Shown here: piece by piece, positions 35,334 to 35,776 of the stretch
Numbering within the stretch: the first letter of the stretch is position 1
How the letters are laid out: every line of letters begins with the position of its first letter
DNA from: Candidatus Tenderia sp.
Lineage (GTDB): Bacteria > Pseudomonadota > Gammaproteobacteria > Tenderiales > Tenderiaceae
Direction: 5' to 3'
Length of the DNA stretch: 35,776 nt
NCBI GenBank assembly: GCA_031416075.1
Contig: JANOSY010000050.1
Coordinates: 1-35,776 of the forward strand
Notes under the pieces: model-generated
What the model was told of the DNA's origin: nothing
Databases searched by the model: none
Seen by the model: the letters and a program-made list of their open reading frames with translations, nothing else
Position numbers and translations under genes: made by a program

Positions 35334-35776
35334 AACAGCCCAGTCAGGCAGCGCTCGCCTGATTTCGCTCGACGCCTTTCGCGGTTTCACCATCGCCAGC
35401 ATGGTGCTGGTGAACAATCCTGGCGACTGGGGCAACATTTATCCGCAGCTCGGCCACGCCGAATGGAATGGCTGGACGTTTACCGATTGGGTCTTTCCAT
35501 TTTTTCTGTTCATCTGCGGCGTGTCGATGACGTTTTCGCTGGGCCGCAGAGCTGAGGCCGGTGATGACAAGGGCACATTGTTACGGCAACTCTTTAAACG
35601 TGCCACGATCATTTTCCTGATTGGCCTAACACTGAACCTGATACCGGCTTTCAACGTTGAAACGGTACGCATTCCCGGTGTGTTGCAACGTATAGCCCTG
35701 TGCACGCTGCTGGCCGCGCCAATCGTTGTGTATTTCAATTGGAAACAACAGTTCGTTTGGATCATCGGCCTCCTCG
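35323..35776 (+). CDS. NagX / heparan-alpha-glucosaminide N-acetyltransferase-like membrane protein (partial, runs off window)
   Basis: Not in the ORF track. TTG 35323 reads ...RLISLDAFRGFTIASMVLVNNPGDW...HAEWNGWTFTDWVFPFFLFICG...RIPGVLQRIA. Confidence 0.85.
   Translation, partial: MNAETAQSGSARLISLDAFRGFTIASMVLVNNPGDWGNIYPQLGHAEWNGWTFTDWVFPFFLFICGVSMTFSLGRRAEAGDDKGTLLRQLFKRATIIFLIGLTLNLIPAFNVETVRIPGVLQRIALCTLLAAPIVVYFNWKQQFVWIIGLL

Noticed and set aside
34617-35765. Minus-strand ORFs of 273 and 108 aa
   Set aside because: Antisense to the AmpG-like and NagX-like genes, which carry clear family motifs.
1-35776. CRISPR array, tRNA, rRNA, integrase or prophage genes
   Set aside because: No regularly spaced repeats, RNA gene signatures or recombinase/phage motifs were seen.

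Overview
Gammaproteobacterial chromosomal window, mostly housekeeping with one accessory island. From the left: a probable IS5-type element end truncating a secreted CSLREA-domain gene; a minus-strand fatty-acid beta-oxidation cluster (permuted papain-like amidase, fadE, fadI-like, fadJ-like, acyl-CoA synthetase, yciA-like thioesterase, lipoprotein); motA/motB divergent from HDOD-GAF and PilZ genes; patatin, DUF3135-like, MarR plus a membrane gene; arginase and ornithine aminotransferase; an alpha/beta hydrolase. The island (about 21.2-25.8 kb, minus strand) encodes a FapF-like outer-membrane beta-barrel, a Sec-exported precursor with an internal double-glycine-type leader, glycine-zipper core and CxxC tail, several small AT-rich membrane/cargo genes, and a stand-alone signal-peptide-bearing C39 peptidase (FapD-like). 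This is the best candidate for an undescribed system: two-step, ABC-transporter-independent export of a bacteriocin-like or amyloid-like peptide. To the right are an EAL phosphodiesterase, a split TRAP transporter flanking fliL and an OMP gene, an L,D-transpeptidase with a large Pro/Thr insert, an AmpG-like permease and a partial NagX-like gene. Several sigma-28-like promoters and REP/MITE-like palindromes are visible. All family calls come from motif recognition by eye, not from database searches.
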